Below are positions 22,676-34,433 of a stretch of 64,000 bases of DNA, piece by piece. The stretch is from Frankiaceae bacterium. Lineage in GTDB: Bacteria > Actinomycetota > Actinomycetes > JAFAQI01. The DNA lies in contig JAVEEI010000131.1 of assembly GCA_030840525.1 (NCBI GenBank), positions 526-64,525 of the forward strand, read 5' to 3'. The notes beneath the pieces are model-generated. The model made no database searches. It saw nothing but the letters and a program-made list of their open reading frames with translations, and was not told where the DNA came from. Both the position numbers and the translations under genes were made by a program. Numbering within the stretch: the first letter of the stretch is position 1; each line of letters opens with the position of its first letter.

Positions 22676-23806
22676 GTGACAGGGTGGAGCGCGCCCGAGG
22701 GCGCCGGACCGGTCCCGCCGGCCGCACCCGGCGAGACGGCCCCGAGCCCGCCGTACGTCCCCCCGCCCGGTACGGCGTACGGCGCACCGCCGTACGGCTA
22801 CGGCGCGACGGCGTACGGGTACGGGTACGGCGCGCCGCCGCGGCCGGAGGCACCGCGGCCGGGCATCGTCCCGCTGCGGCCGCTCGGTGTCGGCGAGGTG
22901 CTCGACGGGTCGTTCACGGCCATCCGCACCGCGCCGCTCGCGTCGCTGGGCTACGCGGCGATCGTCATGCTCGTCTACCAGGCGATCTTCCTGCTGCTCA
23001 ACTACACCGTCCTGCGGCCGGCCACGACGACGAACGTCGACGGGTCGACCGTCAGCGACGCGGGCGACGCGGCTGCGCGCGTCGGCGCGGTCTACATCGC
23101 GACGGCCGTCTTCACATCCATCGCGTTGCTCGTGTTGACCGGCGTCATGGCTGCCGTCGTCGGCGAGCGGATCATGGGCCGCCGGGTCACGTGGACGGTC
23201 GCGCGCGACCGGTTGCGTCCGGTCGCGTGGCCGTTGTTGCGCGTCGTCGGCGCGGTGACCTTCATCGTCGCCGGCACGGTCGCCGTCGCGTTGGGTCCCG
23301 GCATCGCGCTCTCGGTCACCGGCTCCAACAGCGGTGGCCCGGCTCTGTTGGCCATCGGCTTCCTGCTGCTCGTGGTGCCGGTGATCTACGCATGGACGAC
23401 GCTGTCGCTCGCGCCCGCGGCGGTCGTTCTCGAACGGCGAGGTGCGCGCGCGGCGCTGCGCCGGTCGCGCAAGCTGGCGCATGGCGGGTGGTGGCGGGTC
23501 TTCTGGATCAGCCTGTTGGCGTGGGTCACCGCGTCGATCGTCGGAACCATACTTTCGTTGCCGTTCCTCATCTTCGGCGGCGGCCTGAGCGACATCTTCG
23601 CCGGCCGGTCGGACAACCTGTCCTTCGTCGTCCTGCTGATGCGAGCGCTCGGCGGGTTCGTCGCCGGGACGCTGGCGCGGCCGTTCCAGGGCGGTGTCTC
23701 GGCGCTGCTCTACATCGACCGCCGGATGCGCGCGGAGGGCCTCGACATGGCGTTGCAAGCCGCCAACGCCGAGGCGTCGACGGCGAACGGCGCGGCCGGC
23801 GCGTGA
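22676..23806 (+). CDS. Conserved polytopic membrane protein (first gene of the MoxR/DUF58 cluster)
   Basis: GTG preceded by gagaggagg. Low-complexity Pro/Gly/Tyr N-terminus (YGAPPYGYGATAYGYGYGAPP), then at least six TM helices. Confidence 0.6.
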   Translation: MTGWSAPEGAGPVPPAAPGETAPSPPYVPPPGTAYGAPPYGYGATAYGYGYGAPPRPEAPRPGIVPLRPLGVGEVLDGSFTAIRTAPLASLGYAAIVMLVYQAIFLLLNYTVLRPATTTNVDGSTVSDAGDAAARVGAVYIATAVFTSIALLVLTGVMAAVVGERIMGRRVTWTVARDRLRPVAWPLLRVVGAVTFIVAGTVAVALGPGIALSVTGSNSGGPALLAIGFLLLVVPVIYAWTTLSLAPAAVVLERRGARAALRRSRKLAHGGWWRVFWISLLAWVTASIVGTILSLPFLIFGGGLSDIFAGRSDNLSFVVLLMRALGGFVAGTLARPFQGGVSALLYIDRRMRAEGLDMALQAANAEASTANGAAGA

Positions 23807-24450
23807 CGGCGTACCCGATCCTCGCCGGCCTCGGCATGGACCCGGTCAACCGCGACGACGCACGCCGCCGCGCGCGCGAGGAGCTGTCGCACGCGGTCTA
23901 CCACCGCTACGACGACTCGTGGCCGGTGCGCGCGGTGAAGGCCGTCGAGCACGCACTCGATAACGCGTTCAACGCGGCCGCCTCGCACTCGCCGGGCGGC
24001 GGCGCCGGCGCGATCGTCTTCCTGGCTTTGCTGGTCGCCCTCGTCGCGTTCGCGCGCTGGCGGCTCGGCCCGACGTCGCGGCGCGCGCACGTGTCGCTCG
24101 ACGTGCTCGCCGACACGACCATGACCGCGGCCGAGCACCGCCGGCGTGCCGACGCAGCGGCCGGCGACGGCGACTGGAAGACGGCCGTCGTCGAGCGGAT
24201 GCGCGCGCTCGCCCGCGGCCTCGAAGAGCGCGCGGTCCTCGACCCGCGGCCGGGCCGCACCGCCGACGAGCTCGCAGCCGAAGGAGGCCGGGTGCTGCCG
24301 GCCGCGCGCGAGTCGCTCGCGACCGCGGCCGCGACGTTCGACGCCGTCGTGTACGGCGACCGGGCGGCGAGCGCCGACGACCACGACGCGGTACGTCGCG
24401 GCGACGAGGCCGCGGCCGCCGCTCGGCCGGTCGAGCTGAGCACCGTATGA
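23803..24450 (+). CDS. DUF4129-like protein
   Basis: GTGA overlap with the upstream gene. Position and size match the DUF4129 partner in conserved MoxR clusters. One TM helix. Confidence 0.5.
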   Translation: MTAYPILAGLGMDPVNRDDARRRAREELSHAVYHRYDDSWPVRAVKAVEHALDNAFNAAASHSPGGGAGAIVFLALLVALVAFARWRLGPTSRRAHVSLDVLADTTMTAAEHRRRADAAAGDGDWKTAVVERMRALARGLEERAVLDPRPGRTADELAAEGGRVLPAARESLATAAATFDAVVYGDRAASADDHDAVRRGDEAAAAARPVELSTV

Positions 24451-25664
24451 GCCCAGGTATGAGCACAGCTATGAGCACAGCCGTCGCCGAGTCCCCGGCG
24501 GAGACCCGACCAGCGGGTCCGCCGTACGACGAACCGCCCGCCCCGGACTTCGCCGGGTGGCTGCGCCGGGCGTGGCGGCCGGTGCTGCTCGTCGCTCTCG
24601 TCGTCGCGACCGCGGTCGGGCTGGCGGTCGTCGGGTCGGCGCCGGTCGCGCGGCCGCTCGACCCCACCGACGCGTCGCCCGACGGCGCGCGCGCAATCGT
24701 CGCGTTGCTGCGCCAGCAAGGTGTCGAGGTACAGACGGCCGACAGCGTCGACGCGCTCACCTCGTCGGGTGACGCGACCGTCGTCGTCTCGGTACCCGAC
24801 GTCCTCGGGCCGAGCCAGCTCGCCAGCCTGTCCGCGACCGACAGCGACCTCGTCCTCATCGCGCCCGGCGACGACGCGCTGTCGATGCTCGGCCTTCCGG
24901 TGCACGAGGCCGGCGACGTCGCCGCGGACAAGGTCGGGCCGCACTGCGACCTGCCGGCGGCGACGTCGGCCGGCACGATCACCGTCGACGGGCCGGTCTA
25001 CACGGCGAGCGGCGACGTCGCGCAGAGCTGCTACCCGGTCGCGGGCGAGCACGCCGTCGTCGTCACGAAAGGGCCGGCCGGCAACAAGGTCACCGTCGTC
25101 GGGTCGCGGGCGGTGTTCGCCAACCGCACCCTCGGCGACGACGGCAACGCGGCGCTCGCCCTCGGCCTGCTCTCCGACCACCCGCGCCTCGCCTGGCTGA
25201 TCCCCGTCGCGCCGACGGAGGCGACCGACACCCAGCGGCACGGCCTGTTCGAGCTGCTGCCGGGCCGGCTCGGATGGGCGTTGCTCGAGGTCGGCGTCGC
25301 GTTGCTGCTGTTCGCGGTGAGCCGGGCCCGCCGGCTCGGACCGCTCGTCGCCGAGCCGCTGCCCGTCGTCGTACGTGCCACCGAGACGGTCGAGGGCCGC
25401 GCCCGGCTGCTTCGCGGCGCGCGGGCCCGCGGGTCCGGCGCCGACGCGCTGCGCGCCGCGGCCCGGCGCCGGCTCGGGACGAGGCTCGGGCTCGGCGCCG
25501 CGCCCGACCGGGCCGCGCTCGTCGACCGCGTCGTCGCGCGCACCGGCCGCGGCGCCGACGACGTGTCCGATTTGCTGTACGGTTCCTCCCCGGCAGACGA
25601 CCGCGGCCTGGTCGCGCTCGCGACCGCACTGGACCGGCTCGAAGAGGAGATGCGCCGACAGTGA
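24447..25664 (+). CDS. DUF4350-like protein
   Basis: ATGA overlap. N-terminal TM helix, a periplasmic-type domain and a second TM helix near the C-terminus. Conserved position upstream of MoxR. Confidence 0.55.
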   Translation: MSPGMSTAMSTAVAESPAETRPAGPPYDEPPAPDFAGWLRRAWRPVLLVALVVATAVGLAVVGSAPVARPLDPTDASPDGARAIVALLRQQGVEVQTADSVDALTSSGDATVVVSVPDVLGPSQLASLSATDSDLVLIAPGDDALSMLGLPVHEAGDVAADKVGPHCDLPAATSAGTITVDGPVYTASGDVAQSCYPVAGEHAVVVTKGPAGNKVTVVGSRAVFANRTLGDDGNAALALGLLSDHPRLAWLIPVAPTEATDTQRHGLFELLPGRLGWALLEVGVALLLFAVSRARRLGPLVAEPLPVVVRATETVEGRARLLRGARARGSGADALRAAARRRLGTRLGLGAAPDRAALVDRVVARTGRGADDVSDLLYGSSPADDRGLVALATALDRLEEEMRRQ

Positions 25665-26650
25665 CAACAGCTCGCCGTACCGGTTCTCGTGCCGTCACCG
25701 AGGACGACGCGCGCGCCGCGCTGACCGCGGTCCGGACCGAGGTCGCGAAAGCGGTCGTCGGGCAGGACGCCGTCGTCACCGGCCTCGTCATCGCGCTGCT
25801 CTGCCGCGGCCACGTACTGCTCGAAGGCGTGCCGGGTGTCGCGAAAACACTGCTGATCCGCGCCCTCGCGGCGTCGCTCTCGCTCGACAACAAGCGGGTG
25901 CAGTTCACCCCCGACCTGATGCCCGGCGACGTGACGGGATCGCTGGTGTACGACGCACGCACCGCGCGGTTCGAGTTCCACGACGGCCCGGTATTCACCA
26001 ACCTGTTGCTCGCAGACGAGATCAACCGCACCCCGCCGAAGACGCAGGCCGCCCTGCTCGAAGCGATGGAGGAGCGGCAGGTCACCGTCGAGGGCGCCGC
26101 GCGGCCGCTGCCCGAGCCGTTCCTCGTCGCGGCGACCCAGAACCCGGTCGAGTACGAGGGGACCTACCGGCTGCCCGAGGCGCAGCTCGACCGGTTCCTG
26201 ATGAAGCTCGTCGTGCCGCTGCCCGACCGCGACAGCGAGATCGACATCCTCACCCGCCACCACGACGGCTTCGACCCGCGCGACCTCGCCGGCGCCGGCG
26301 TGCGGCCGGTGGCCGGCCGCCCCGAGCTCGACGCCGGCCGCGCCGCCGCCAACGCCGTCACGGTCACCCCTGAGGTCCTCGGGTACGTCGTCGACCTGTG
26401 CCGGGCGACGCGGTCGGCGCCGTCGCTGTCGCTCGGGGTCTCGCCGCGCGGTGCGACGTACCTGCTCGCCGCCGCGAAGGCGTGGGCGTGGCTGTCCGGC
26501 CGCGACTTCCTCACCCCGGACGACGTGAAGGCGCTGGCCCGGCCGGTGCTGCGGCACCGGGTGCAGCTGCGGCCCGAAGCCGAGCTCGAAGGCGCGTCGA
26601 CCGACGGCGTCCTCGACGGGGTGCTGGCCGCGGTCCCGGTACCGCGCTGA
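25661..26650 (+). CDS. MoxR-family AAA+ ATPase
   Basis: Walker A (GVPGVAKT), Walker B (LLADEINR), sensor region and a C-terminal lid typical of MoxR. GTGA overlap. Confidence 0.9.
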   Translation: MTTARRTGSRAVTEDDARAALTAVRTEVAKAVVGQDAVVTGLVIALLCRGHVLLEGVPGVAKTLLIRALAASLSLDNKRVQFTPDLMPGDVTGSLVYDARTARFEFHDGPVFTNLLLADEINRTPPKTQAALLEAMEERQVTVEGAARPLPEPFLVAATQNPVEYEGTYRLPEAQLDRFLMKLVVPLPDRDSEIDILTRHHDGFDPRDLAGAGVRPVAGRPELDAGRAAANAVTVTPEVLGYVVDLCRATRSAPSLSLGVSPRGATYLLAAAKAWAWLSGRDFLTPDDVKALARPVLRHRVQLRPEAELEGASTDGVLDGVLAAVPVPR

Positions 26651-26651
26651 C

Positions 26652-27947
26652 GTGGCCCTCACCGGCCGGGTCGGACTGGTCGCGCTCGTCGCGACGCTGC
26701 TCGTCTGGGCCGTGCCCGCCGACGGCTACACGGTCGCGTGGGTCGCGGCCGCTCTCGTCGCCGGCATCGTCGCCGACCTCGTGCTCGCGGCGTCGCCGCG
26801 CGCGCTGACGGTGCAGCGCGCCCCGGAGCTGACGACCCGGCTCGGCGAGACCGTCGACTCGCCGCTCGTCGTGCACAACCACGGCCGCCGCCGCGCCCGC
26901 GGGAGGCTGCGCGACGGCTGGCCGCCGAGCGCGTCCGCCCGGCCGCGCGCCGCCGCCCTCGACATCGGCCCGCTCGACCGGCAGCGCGTCGTCATCCGGG
27001 TGTCGCCGCAACGCCGCGGCGAGACGGCGAGCGAGAAGGTGACGGTGCGCCTGGTCGGGCCGCTGGGGCTGGCGGCGCGGCAGCGCACCCGTAGCTGCCC
27101 CGGACAGATCCGGGTGCTGCCCGCGTTCACCAGCCGCAAGCTGCTGCCGGAGAAGCTCACCCGGCTGCGCCAGCTCGAAGGCGAGGTGGTCGCGCCGGTC
27201 CGCGGCCAGGGCACCGAGTTCGACTCGCTGCGGGAGTACGTCGTCGGCGACGACCCGCGGTCGATCGACTGGCGGGCGACCGCGCGGCGGGCCGACGTCG
27301 TCGTCCGCACCTGGCGGCCGGAACGCGACCGGCACGTCGTCCTGGTGCTCGACACCGGGCGCACGTCGGCCGCGCGCGTCGCGGGGGCGCCGCGGCTGGA
27401 GACGGCCCTCGACGCCGCGCTGCTGATGACCGCGCTCGCGCGTCATGCGGGTGACCGTGTGACCGTGCTCGCGCACGACGTGCGGCTCCGCGCGGCCGTC
27501 GACGCGGGGCGCGGCGGCGGCGCGCTGGCCGCGGTCGTCGCGGCGACGACCGGCCTGCAGCCTGCGCTGGTCGAGACCGACATGGCCGCGGTCGTCACGC
27601 AGGTGTTGCGCCGGGTGCGCCAGCGTGCGCTGGTCGTCCTGCTCACCGCGATGGACCCCGCGCCGGTGTCGGAAGGCCTGCTGCCCGCGGTCCCGAGCCT
27701 GGTACGCCGGCACACCGTGCTCGTCGCGTCGATCGCCGACCCCGCGGTCGACGCGATGGCCGCCGGTCGCGGCGACGCGGAGGCCGTCTACGCCGCGGCC
27801 GCGGCCGAGGCGACGCGGACCGAGCGCGCCGATGTCGCCGCGGCGCTGCGGCGGCGCGGCGTCGACGTACTCGAAGCTCCACCCGCGACGTTCGCGTCTA
27901 AGCTCGCCGACGCTTACTTGGATTTGAAGGCCTCCGGGCTGCTCTGA
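26652..27947 (+). CDS. DUF58 (VWA-like) domain protein
   Basis: Immediately follows MoxR. N-terminal TM hairpin, then DSLREYVVGDDPRSIDWRATARR...VVLVLDTGRTSAA (degenerate MIDAS-like). Confidence 0.8.
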   Translation: MALTGRVGLVALVATLLVWAVPADGYTVAWVAAALVAGIVADLVLAASPRALTVQRAPELTTRLGETVDSPLVVHNHGRRRARGRLRDGWPPSASARPRAAALDIGPLDRQRVVIRVSPQRRGETASEKVTVRLVGPLGLAARQRTRSCPGQIRVLPAFTSRKLLPEKLTRLRQLEGEVVAPVRGQGTEFDSLREYVVGDDPRSIDWRATARRADVVVRTWRPERDRHVVLVLDTGRTSAARVAGAPRLETALDAALLMTALARHAGDRVTVLAHDVRLRAAVDAGRGGGALAAVVAATTGLQPALVETDMAAVVTQVLRRVRQRALVVLLTAMDPAPVSEGLLPAVPSLVRRHTVLVASIADPAVDAMAAGRGDAEAVYAAAAAEATRTERADVAAALRRRGVDVLEAPPATFASKLADAYLDLKASGLL

Positions 27948-27952
27948 GTCGG

Positions 27953-28990
27953 CTAGCCGGCGACCGGCGCGACGTCGCCGCGCAGGTCCGCGTCGAGGTC
28001 ACCGGTCTCACCGGCGCGCACCGCCCGCCGGCCGAGGACCACGACGTACGTCAGGAACGCGACCTCGACGACCGCGCCGATCGCGATCCGCAGCCACGTC
28101 GGCAGCGACGACGGCGTCACGAACGCCTCGATCATCCCGGACACGGCGAGTACGACGACGAGACCGAGGGCGATGGTGACGGTCGAGCGGCCCTCCTCGG
28201 CGAGCGCCTGCGGCCGCGACCGCGGGCCGGGATCGATGATCGTCCAGCCGAGCTTCAGCCCGGCGCCGGCGGCGATGAAAACAGCGGTGAGCTCGAGCAG
28301 CCCGTGTGGGGTGATGAGACCGAAGAACTCGCCGGCCTTGCCGGCCGCGACCATGTAGCCGCCGGCGACGCCGAGGTTGGCCGCGTTGACGAACAGCGAC
28401 CACAGCGTGAGCGTTCCGAGCGCGAGTCCGCCGACGAGAACTTGCGCGCTGACCCACACGTTGTTGGTCCAGACCCGCGCCGCGAAGTCGTGCGCCGGGC
28501 TCGCGCTGTAGTAGTGCGAGAACTCGGAGTTGACGAGCTGCCGCACCTCCTCCGGCGGCAGCAACGACCGCTGCACGCTCGGGTGCGTGTCGATCCAGAA
28601 GCCGAGCGCGAACGCGACGAGTAGCGACCCGACCGCCGCGCCGATCCACCAACCCCGGGTCCGGTAGACGACCGCGGGGAACGTCGTCGTGAAGAACGTG
28701 ACCAGCTGCCGCCACGCCGGCGCGTGGCTGCCCGCCACGACCGACCGCGACTGCGCGACCAGCCGGGAGAGGCGGCCGACGAGCTGCGGGTCCGGCGACC
28801 GGGTCTGCACGATCGACAGGTGCGTCGCCGTCCGCTGGTAGAGCGCCACGATCTCGGCGACCTCGTCGTCGGCCAGCCGCGACGGCCGCGCCGCCCGGCG
28901 GACGAGCAGCTCCAGCCGGCTCCACTCGCCGCGATGTGCCACGACGAACGCATCGATGTCCACGGGGCAGACTAACGGCGTGAGCACCAA
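27953..28990 (-). CDS. Stage II sporulation protein M-like (DUF95) integral membrane protein
   Basis: Polytopic membrane protein convergent with the MoxR operon and divergent from the RDD gene. The start is uncertain, either 28990 or a GTG near 28963. Confidence 0.6.
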   Translation of the reverse strand: MVLTPLVCPVDIDAFVVAHRGEWSRLELLVRRAARPSRLADDEVAEIVALYQRTATHLSIVQTRSPDPQLVGRLSRLVAQSRSVVAGSHAPAWRQLVTFFTTTFPAVVYRTRGWWIGAAVGSLLVAFALGFWIDTHPSVQRSLLPPEEVRQLVNSEFSHYYSASPAHDFAARVWTNNVWVSAQVLVGGLALGTLTLWSLFVNAANLGVAGGYMVAAGKAGEFFGLITPHGLLELTAVFIAAGAGLKLGWTIIDPGPRSRPQALAEEGRSTVTIALGLVVVLAVSGMIEAFVTPSSLPTWLRIAIGAVVEVAFLTYVVVLGRRAVRAGETGDLDADLRGDVAPVAG

Positions 28991-29870
28991 TGGTGGCTAC
29001 CTCGGCACGCCGATCGTCACCGGCGAGGCCGTCGCGCTCGACCTGCGGCCGGCCGGTGTCGCGACCCGCGCGCGCGCCGTCGTCATCGACCTCGCGGTGC
29101 AGTTCGCGTTGTTGCTCGTCGCGTCGTTGCTGCTGTTCCGGTTCGCGTTCAGCTCCGACACGGCGGCGTACGCGGCCATCGCGGTCTCGCTGTACGTGCT
29201 GGTGCTGCTCGGGTATCCCGTGCTGTTCGAGACGCTGACCCGCGGCCGCACCCTCGGCAAGATGGCCCTCGGCTTGCGGGTGGTCCGCGACGACGGCGGG
29301 CCGATCCGGTTCCGGCACGCACTTGTCCGCGCGCTCGTCGGCGTGGTCGTCGAGAAGCCCGGTATCTCGTTCGGGTCGGTCGCGCTGATCACGATGCTGG
29401 TCAGCCGGACCGGCAAGCGGCTCGGCGACATGGCCGCCGGCACCGTCGTCCTCCAGGAGCGGATCCCGGTGCGCGTCGCCGCCCCGCCGGACATGCCGCC
29501 CGCGCTCGCCGGGTGGGCGAGCGGCCTCGACCTGTCCGGCGTCGGCGACGAGCTCGCGTTGCGGGTCCGCCAGTTCCTGGCCCGCGCGCACGAGCTCGAC
29601 CCGTCGGCGCGGGAGACGATCGGCACCGGTCTCGTCGCCGAGATCGCCGGCCGTACGTCGGCACCCATCCCGCCGGGCGTCCCCGGCTGGGCCTACCTCG
29701 CCGCCGTACTCGCCGAGCGGCGCAACCGGGAGCTGTCGCGGGCCGCGGCGGTCACGCCGGCCACCCCCGCTAACCCGGCGCCGTGGTCGCCGTTGCCGGT
29801 GCCGCCGGCTCCGGTCGTGCCGCCGACGCCACCGCCGCCGGCCGGCGACGGCTTCGCCCCGCCGGGCTAG
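28956..29870 (+). CDS. RDD family membrane protein
   Basis: RDD motif context (RGRTLGKMALGLRVVRDDGGPIRF), three TM helices and a Pro-rich C-terminus. Confidence 0.7.
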   Translation: MSTGQTNGVSTNGGYLGTPIVTGEAVALDLRPAGVATRARAVVIDLAVQFALLLVASLLLFRFAFSSDTAAYAAIAVSLYVLVLLGYPVLFETLTRGRTLGKMALGLRVVRDDGGPIRFRHALVRALVGVVVEKPGISFGSVALITMLVSRTGKRLGDMAAGTVVLQERIPVRVAAPPDMPPALAGWASGLDLSGVGDELALRVRQFLARAHELDPSARETIGTGLVAEIAGRTSAPIPPGVPGWAYLAAVLAERRNRELSRAAAVTPATPANPAPWSPLPVPPAPVVPPTPPPPAGDGFAPPG

Positions 29871-31316
<1,446 letters not shown>

Positions 31317-31339
31317 GCCGCCAGACTACGGGAGTGACC

Positions 31340-32483
31340 TCAGTCGAGGGCTTGCAACCGCCGCTTGACGTCGTCGATCGGCGGCACCGGCGACGGGTCG
31401 ATGCCTTGCAGGATCGCGAGGTAGACGGTCGCGAAGTCGATCAGGCAGACCAACGACGCCAGCCGCTCGACCGCCGACGCGCCTTCCGCCCTGAGCACCG
31501 TCGTCGGCACCGACCGTTGGGCCGCGACGTCTTCGCTGATCCGCGCGCGGACCGACGACACGTCGTCGTCGTCGCGCAGCAACACCAAGCGCAGCCGTAC
31601 CTCGGCGCCGTCGTCGACCCGGTCGCGGAAGATGTCGTCGTCGGCGCTCGCACCGGCGAACGCGCCGTCGAACGTCACGACCTGGTTGTGGTGCGCCTCG
31701 GAGAGGACACCGGGTACGGCGGGGTACTTCGCGTTCTCGGCGAGCTGGCAGGCCATCCGCGCGGCCGCGACCCCGCCGACCTGACCACTCCCCCACACCA
31801 TCGGCAGCGACCCGCTGAGCTCGAGGGCCAGGATCTTGGCCGGGTTGACGAACGACTCGCGGTCCGGGCGGCAGGCCTCGGCCACCGCCTCCAGCCGCAC
31901 GGCCGCGGCTTCGAGCGCGCCGTCGCCGGGGCCGAGGTCGAGCAGGCCGAGCCGCGCGCCGAGCACGAGCAACGGCGTCGCCAGCCCCCACAGCGTCGCG
32001 CGCGGGCCGACCTGCATGGCCACCGGCGCGAGCGGCGCGCGGGCGTGCTCGCAGCGGCGGGCCAGCGGCGAGCCGGCCGCGCCGATGCCGACCAGCGTGG
32101 CGCCGCGGCGGACCGCCTCGTCCGCCGCGGACAAGGTCTCGTCCGTCGTACCGGAGCAGCTCACCGCGGCGACGACGTCTGCGGCGCCAACCCAGCCGGG
32201 CAGCCCGGGCCCGCGGTGTACGACGACCGGCACCGGGCAGGTGAGGCCGGCGACCGCCGCGAGCACGTCGCCGGCGATGCCGGACCCGCCCATCCCGGCG
32301 ACGACGAGCGCGCGCGGCCGGCCGACCGCGGCGACGTCGGCGAACCCGGCATCCTGCGCGGCGGTGATGCCCATCCGGACCTGCGCGGCCGAGGTGGCGA
32401 CGGCCCGCAGCATGCCCTGCGGGTCGGTCGCCGCGATGGCCGCGGCGTCGTCGAGGCGCGCCTCGTCGACCTCGACGGTCACG
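31340..32483 (-). CDS. SIS-domain sugar isomerase (bifunctional phosphoglucose/phosphomannose isomerase family)
   Basis: Two SIS-like segments (ALVVAGMGGSGIAGDV; AAVSCSGTTDETL). It sits where manA lies in mycobacteria. GTG at 32483. Confidence 0.65.
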
Positions 32484-32676
32484 ACGACGGCTCGGGCGCC
32501 GGGTCGCCTTCCGGCCGGCGCGCCTCGTCGACCAGCAGCACCGGGATGTCGTCGCGCACCGGGTAGGCGTAGCCGCACGACGTGCACACCAGCTCGGCGG
32601 CGTCGTCGTCGGCGCGCAGGGTCGCGCGGCAGTTCGGGCAGGCCAAGATGTCGAGCAGGGCCGGGTCGAGGTTCAC
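32479..32676 (-). CDS. Trm112-family small zinc-ribbon protein
   Basis: LDILACPNC...LVCTSCGYAYPVRDDIPVLL. 65 aa. Confidence 0.7.
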   Translation of the reverse strand: MNLDPALLDILACPNCRATLRADDDAAELVCTSCGYAYPVRDDIPVLLVDEARRPEGDPAPEPSS

Positions 32677-32691
32677 GCCCCGGGAGCCTAG

Positions 32692-34044
32692 CTAGCCGCG
32701 CAGCAGCGCGAGCACCTCGTCGCGGATCCGCGTCATCTCGGTCTCGTCCGCGGCCTCGACGTTGAGCCGCAGCAGCGGCTCGGTGTTGGACGCGCGCAGG
32801 TTGAACCACGAGCCGTCCGGCAGCGCGACCGTCATCCCGTCGAGGTGGTCGACGGTCACGCCGTCGCGGTCCTTGTACGCCGCCTCGACCGCGGCCATCG
32901 TCGCGGCCTGGTCGTCCACCCGGGTGTTGATCTCGCCGGAGGCGACGTACCGGCTGAACTCCGCGAGCAGCGACGACAGCGGCCGGTCCTGCGTACCCAG
33001 GGCGGCGAGGGTGTGCAGCGCGGCGAGCATGCCGGAGTCGGCCCGCCAGAAGTCGCGGAAGTAGAAGTGGCCCGAGTGCTCGCCGCCGAAGACCGCGTTG
33101 GTCTCGGCCATCGTGGCCTTGATGAACGAGTGGCCGACCCGGGTGCGTACGGCGGTGCCGCCGTGCTCGGCGACGATCTCCGGTACGGCGTGCGACGTGA
33201 TCAGGTTGTAGATGACGGTCGCGCCGGGCTCCTTCGCCAGCTCGCGGGTCGCGATCAGCGCGGTGAGCACCGACGGCGAGACGAGGTCGCCCTTCTCGTC
33301 GACGACGAAGCAGCGGTCGGCGTCGCCGTCGAACGCGAGGCCGATGTCGGCGCCGGTCTCGCGGACCTTCGCTTGCAGGTCGCGCAGGTTGTCCGGCTCG
33401 ATCGGGTTGGCCTCGTGGTTCGGGAACGAGCCGTCGAGCTCGAAGTACATCGGCACGAGGTCGACCGGAAGGTGCCCGAACACGACCGGCGCGGTGAGGC
33501 CGCCCATCCCGTTGCCGGCGTCGACGGCGACCGACAGCGGCCTGATGTCGGTGACGCCCGGCACCAGCGACACGAGGTATGCGGCGTAGTCGGACAGCAG
33601 GTCGCGCTCGCTGACGGTGCCCGGCTCGCCGTCGTACGGCGGGATGCCCTGCTCGACCATCGCGCGGATCTCGGCGAGGCCGCTGTCTTGACCGACCGGT
33701 GCGGCACCGGCCCGGCAGAGCTTGATCCCGTTGTACTTCGCCGGGTTGTGGCTGGCGGTGAACATCGCGCCGGGGATGCCGAGCGACCCGGCGGCGAAGT
33801 AGAGCATGTCGGTCGAACCGAGGCCGGCGTCGACGACATCGGCGCCTTGCGACGTCGCGCCGGCAGCGAACGCGCGGGCGAGGCCGGGCGACGAGTCGCG
33901 CATGTCGTGCGCGGTGACGATCCGGTCGGCGCCGACGACGCGGACGAACGCGGCGCCGATGTCGCGGGCGACGGACTCGTCGAGCTCGTCCGGGACGATG
34001 CCCCGGATGTCGTACGCCTTGACGATGTTGCCGAGATCGGGCAC
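32692..34044 (-). CDS. Phosphomannomutase/phosphoglucomutase
   Basis: Active-site TASHNP, a metal-binding loop (FDGDADR) and the C-terminal domain. 450 aa. Confidence 0.9.
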   Translation of the reverse strand: MPDLGNIVKAYDIRGIVPDELDESVARDIGAAFVRVVGADRIVTAHDMRDSSPGLARAFAAGATSQGADVVDAGLGSTDMLYFAAGSLGIPGAMFTASHNPAKYNGIKLCRAGAAPVGQDSGLAEIRAMVEQGIPPYDGEPGTVSERDLLSDYAAYLVSLVPGVTDIRPLSVAVDAGNGMGGLTAPVVFGHLPVDLVPMYFELDGSFPNHEANPIEPDNLRDLQAKVRETGADIGLAFDGDADRCFVVDEKGDLVSPSVLTALIATRELAKEPGATVIYNLITSHAVPEIVAEHGGTAVRTRVGHSFIKATMAETNAVFGGEHSGHFYFRDFWRADSGMLAALHTLAALGTQDRPLSSLLAEFSRYVASGEINTRVDDQAATMAAVEAAYKDRDGVTVDHLDGMTVALPDGSWFNLRASNTEPLLRLNVEAADETEMTRIRDEVLALLRG

Positions 34045-34062
34045 GGGCCCGACCCTAAAGGG

Positions 34063-34309
34063 TCAGACCTTGACCTTCGTGGCCCGGGCGAGGACGTCGG
34101 TGAACTCGAGCTCGCCGCCGTCGTGCACCCAGGTGCGGTGCTCGCACTCGTGGCACGAGGAGAAGCGCACCGGCGTGCCGTCGGTGAGCGTCATCGCGAG
34201 GGCGGTGAGGCGGGTGCTGCCGCACGACGGGCAGGTGCCCGCGGTACGGGAGCCGGCTTGCGTGAGCGAGCTCGGCGAGGTGGAGCGCTGGGCAGGAATG
34301 CCGTTCATG
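34063..34309 (-). CDS. Small Cys4 zinc-ribbon protein (about 82 aa)
   Basis: ATG (MNGIPAQRST) with CPSCGS...CHECEH. It is the only credible part of the 754-aa ORF 34063..36327. Confidence 0.45.
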
Positions 34310-34433
34310 AGTACTCCCGGGTGGGCGGCGGGACCTGACAGTCGTCGGCGGGAGTCGCGAAAACCTTTAGCGACGGGCGATTCCCTCCCAAACCGGACAC
34401 TCGCGTCCCGTGCAGCGGGCGGGTGGCGGGCGG

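Noticed and set aside
24450-24485. Triple atgagc(c/a)cag mini-repeat at the start of the DUF4350 gene
   Set aside because: It is too short to be meaningful. It most likely reflects alternative in-frame starts (MSPGMSTAMSTA) and not a regulatory element.
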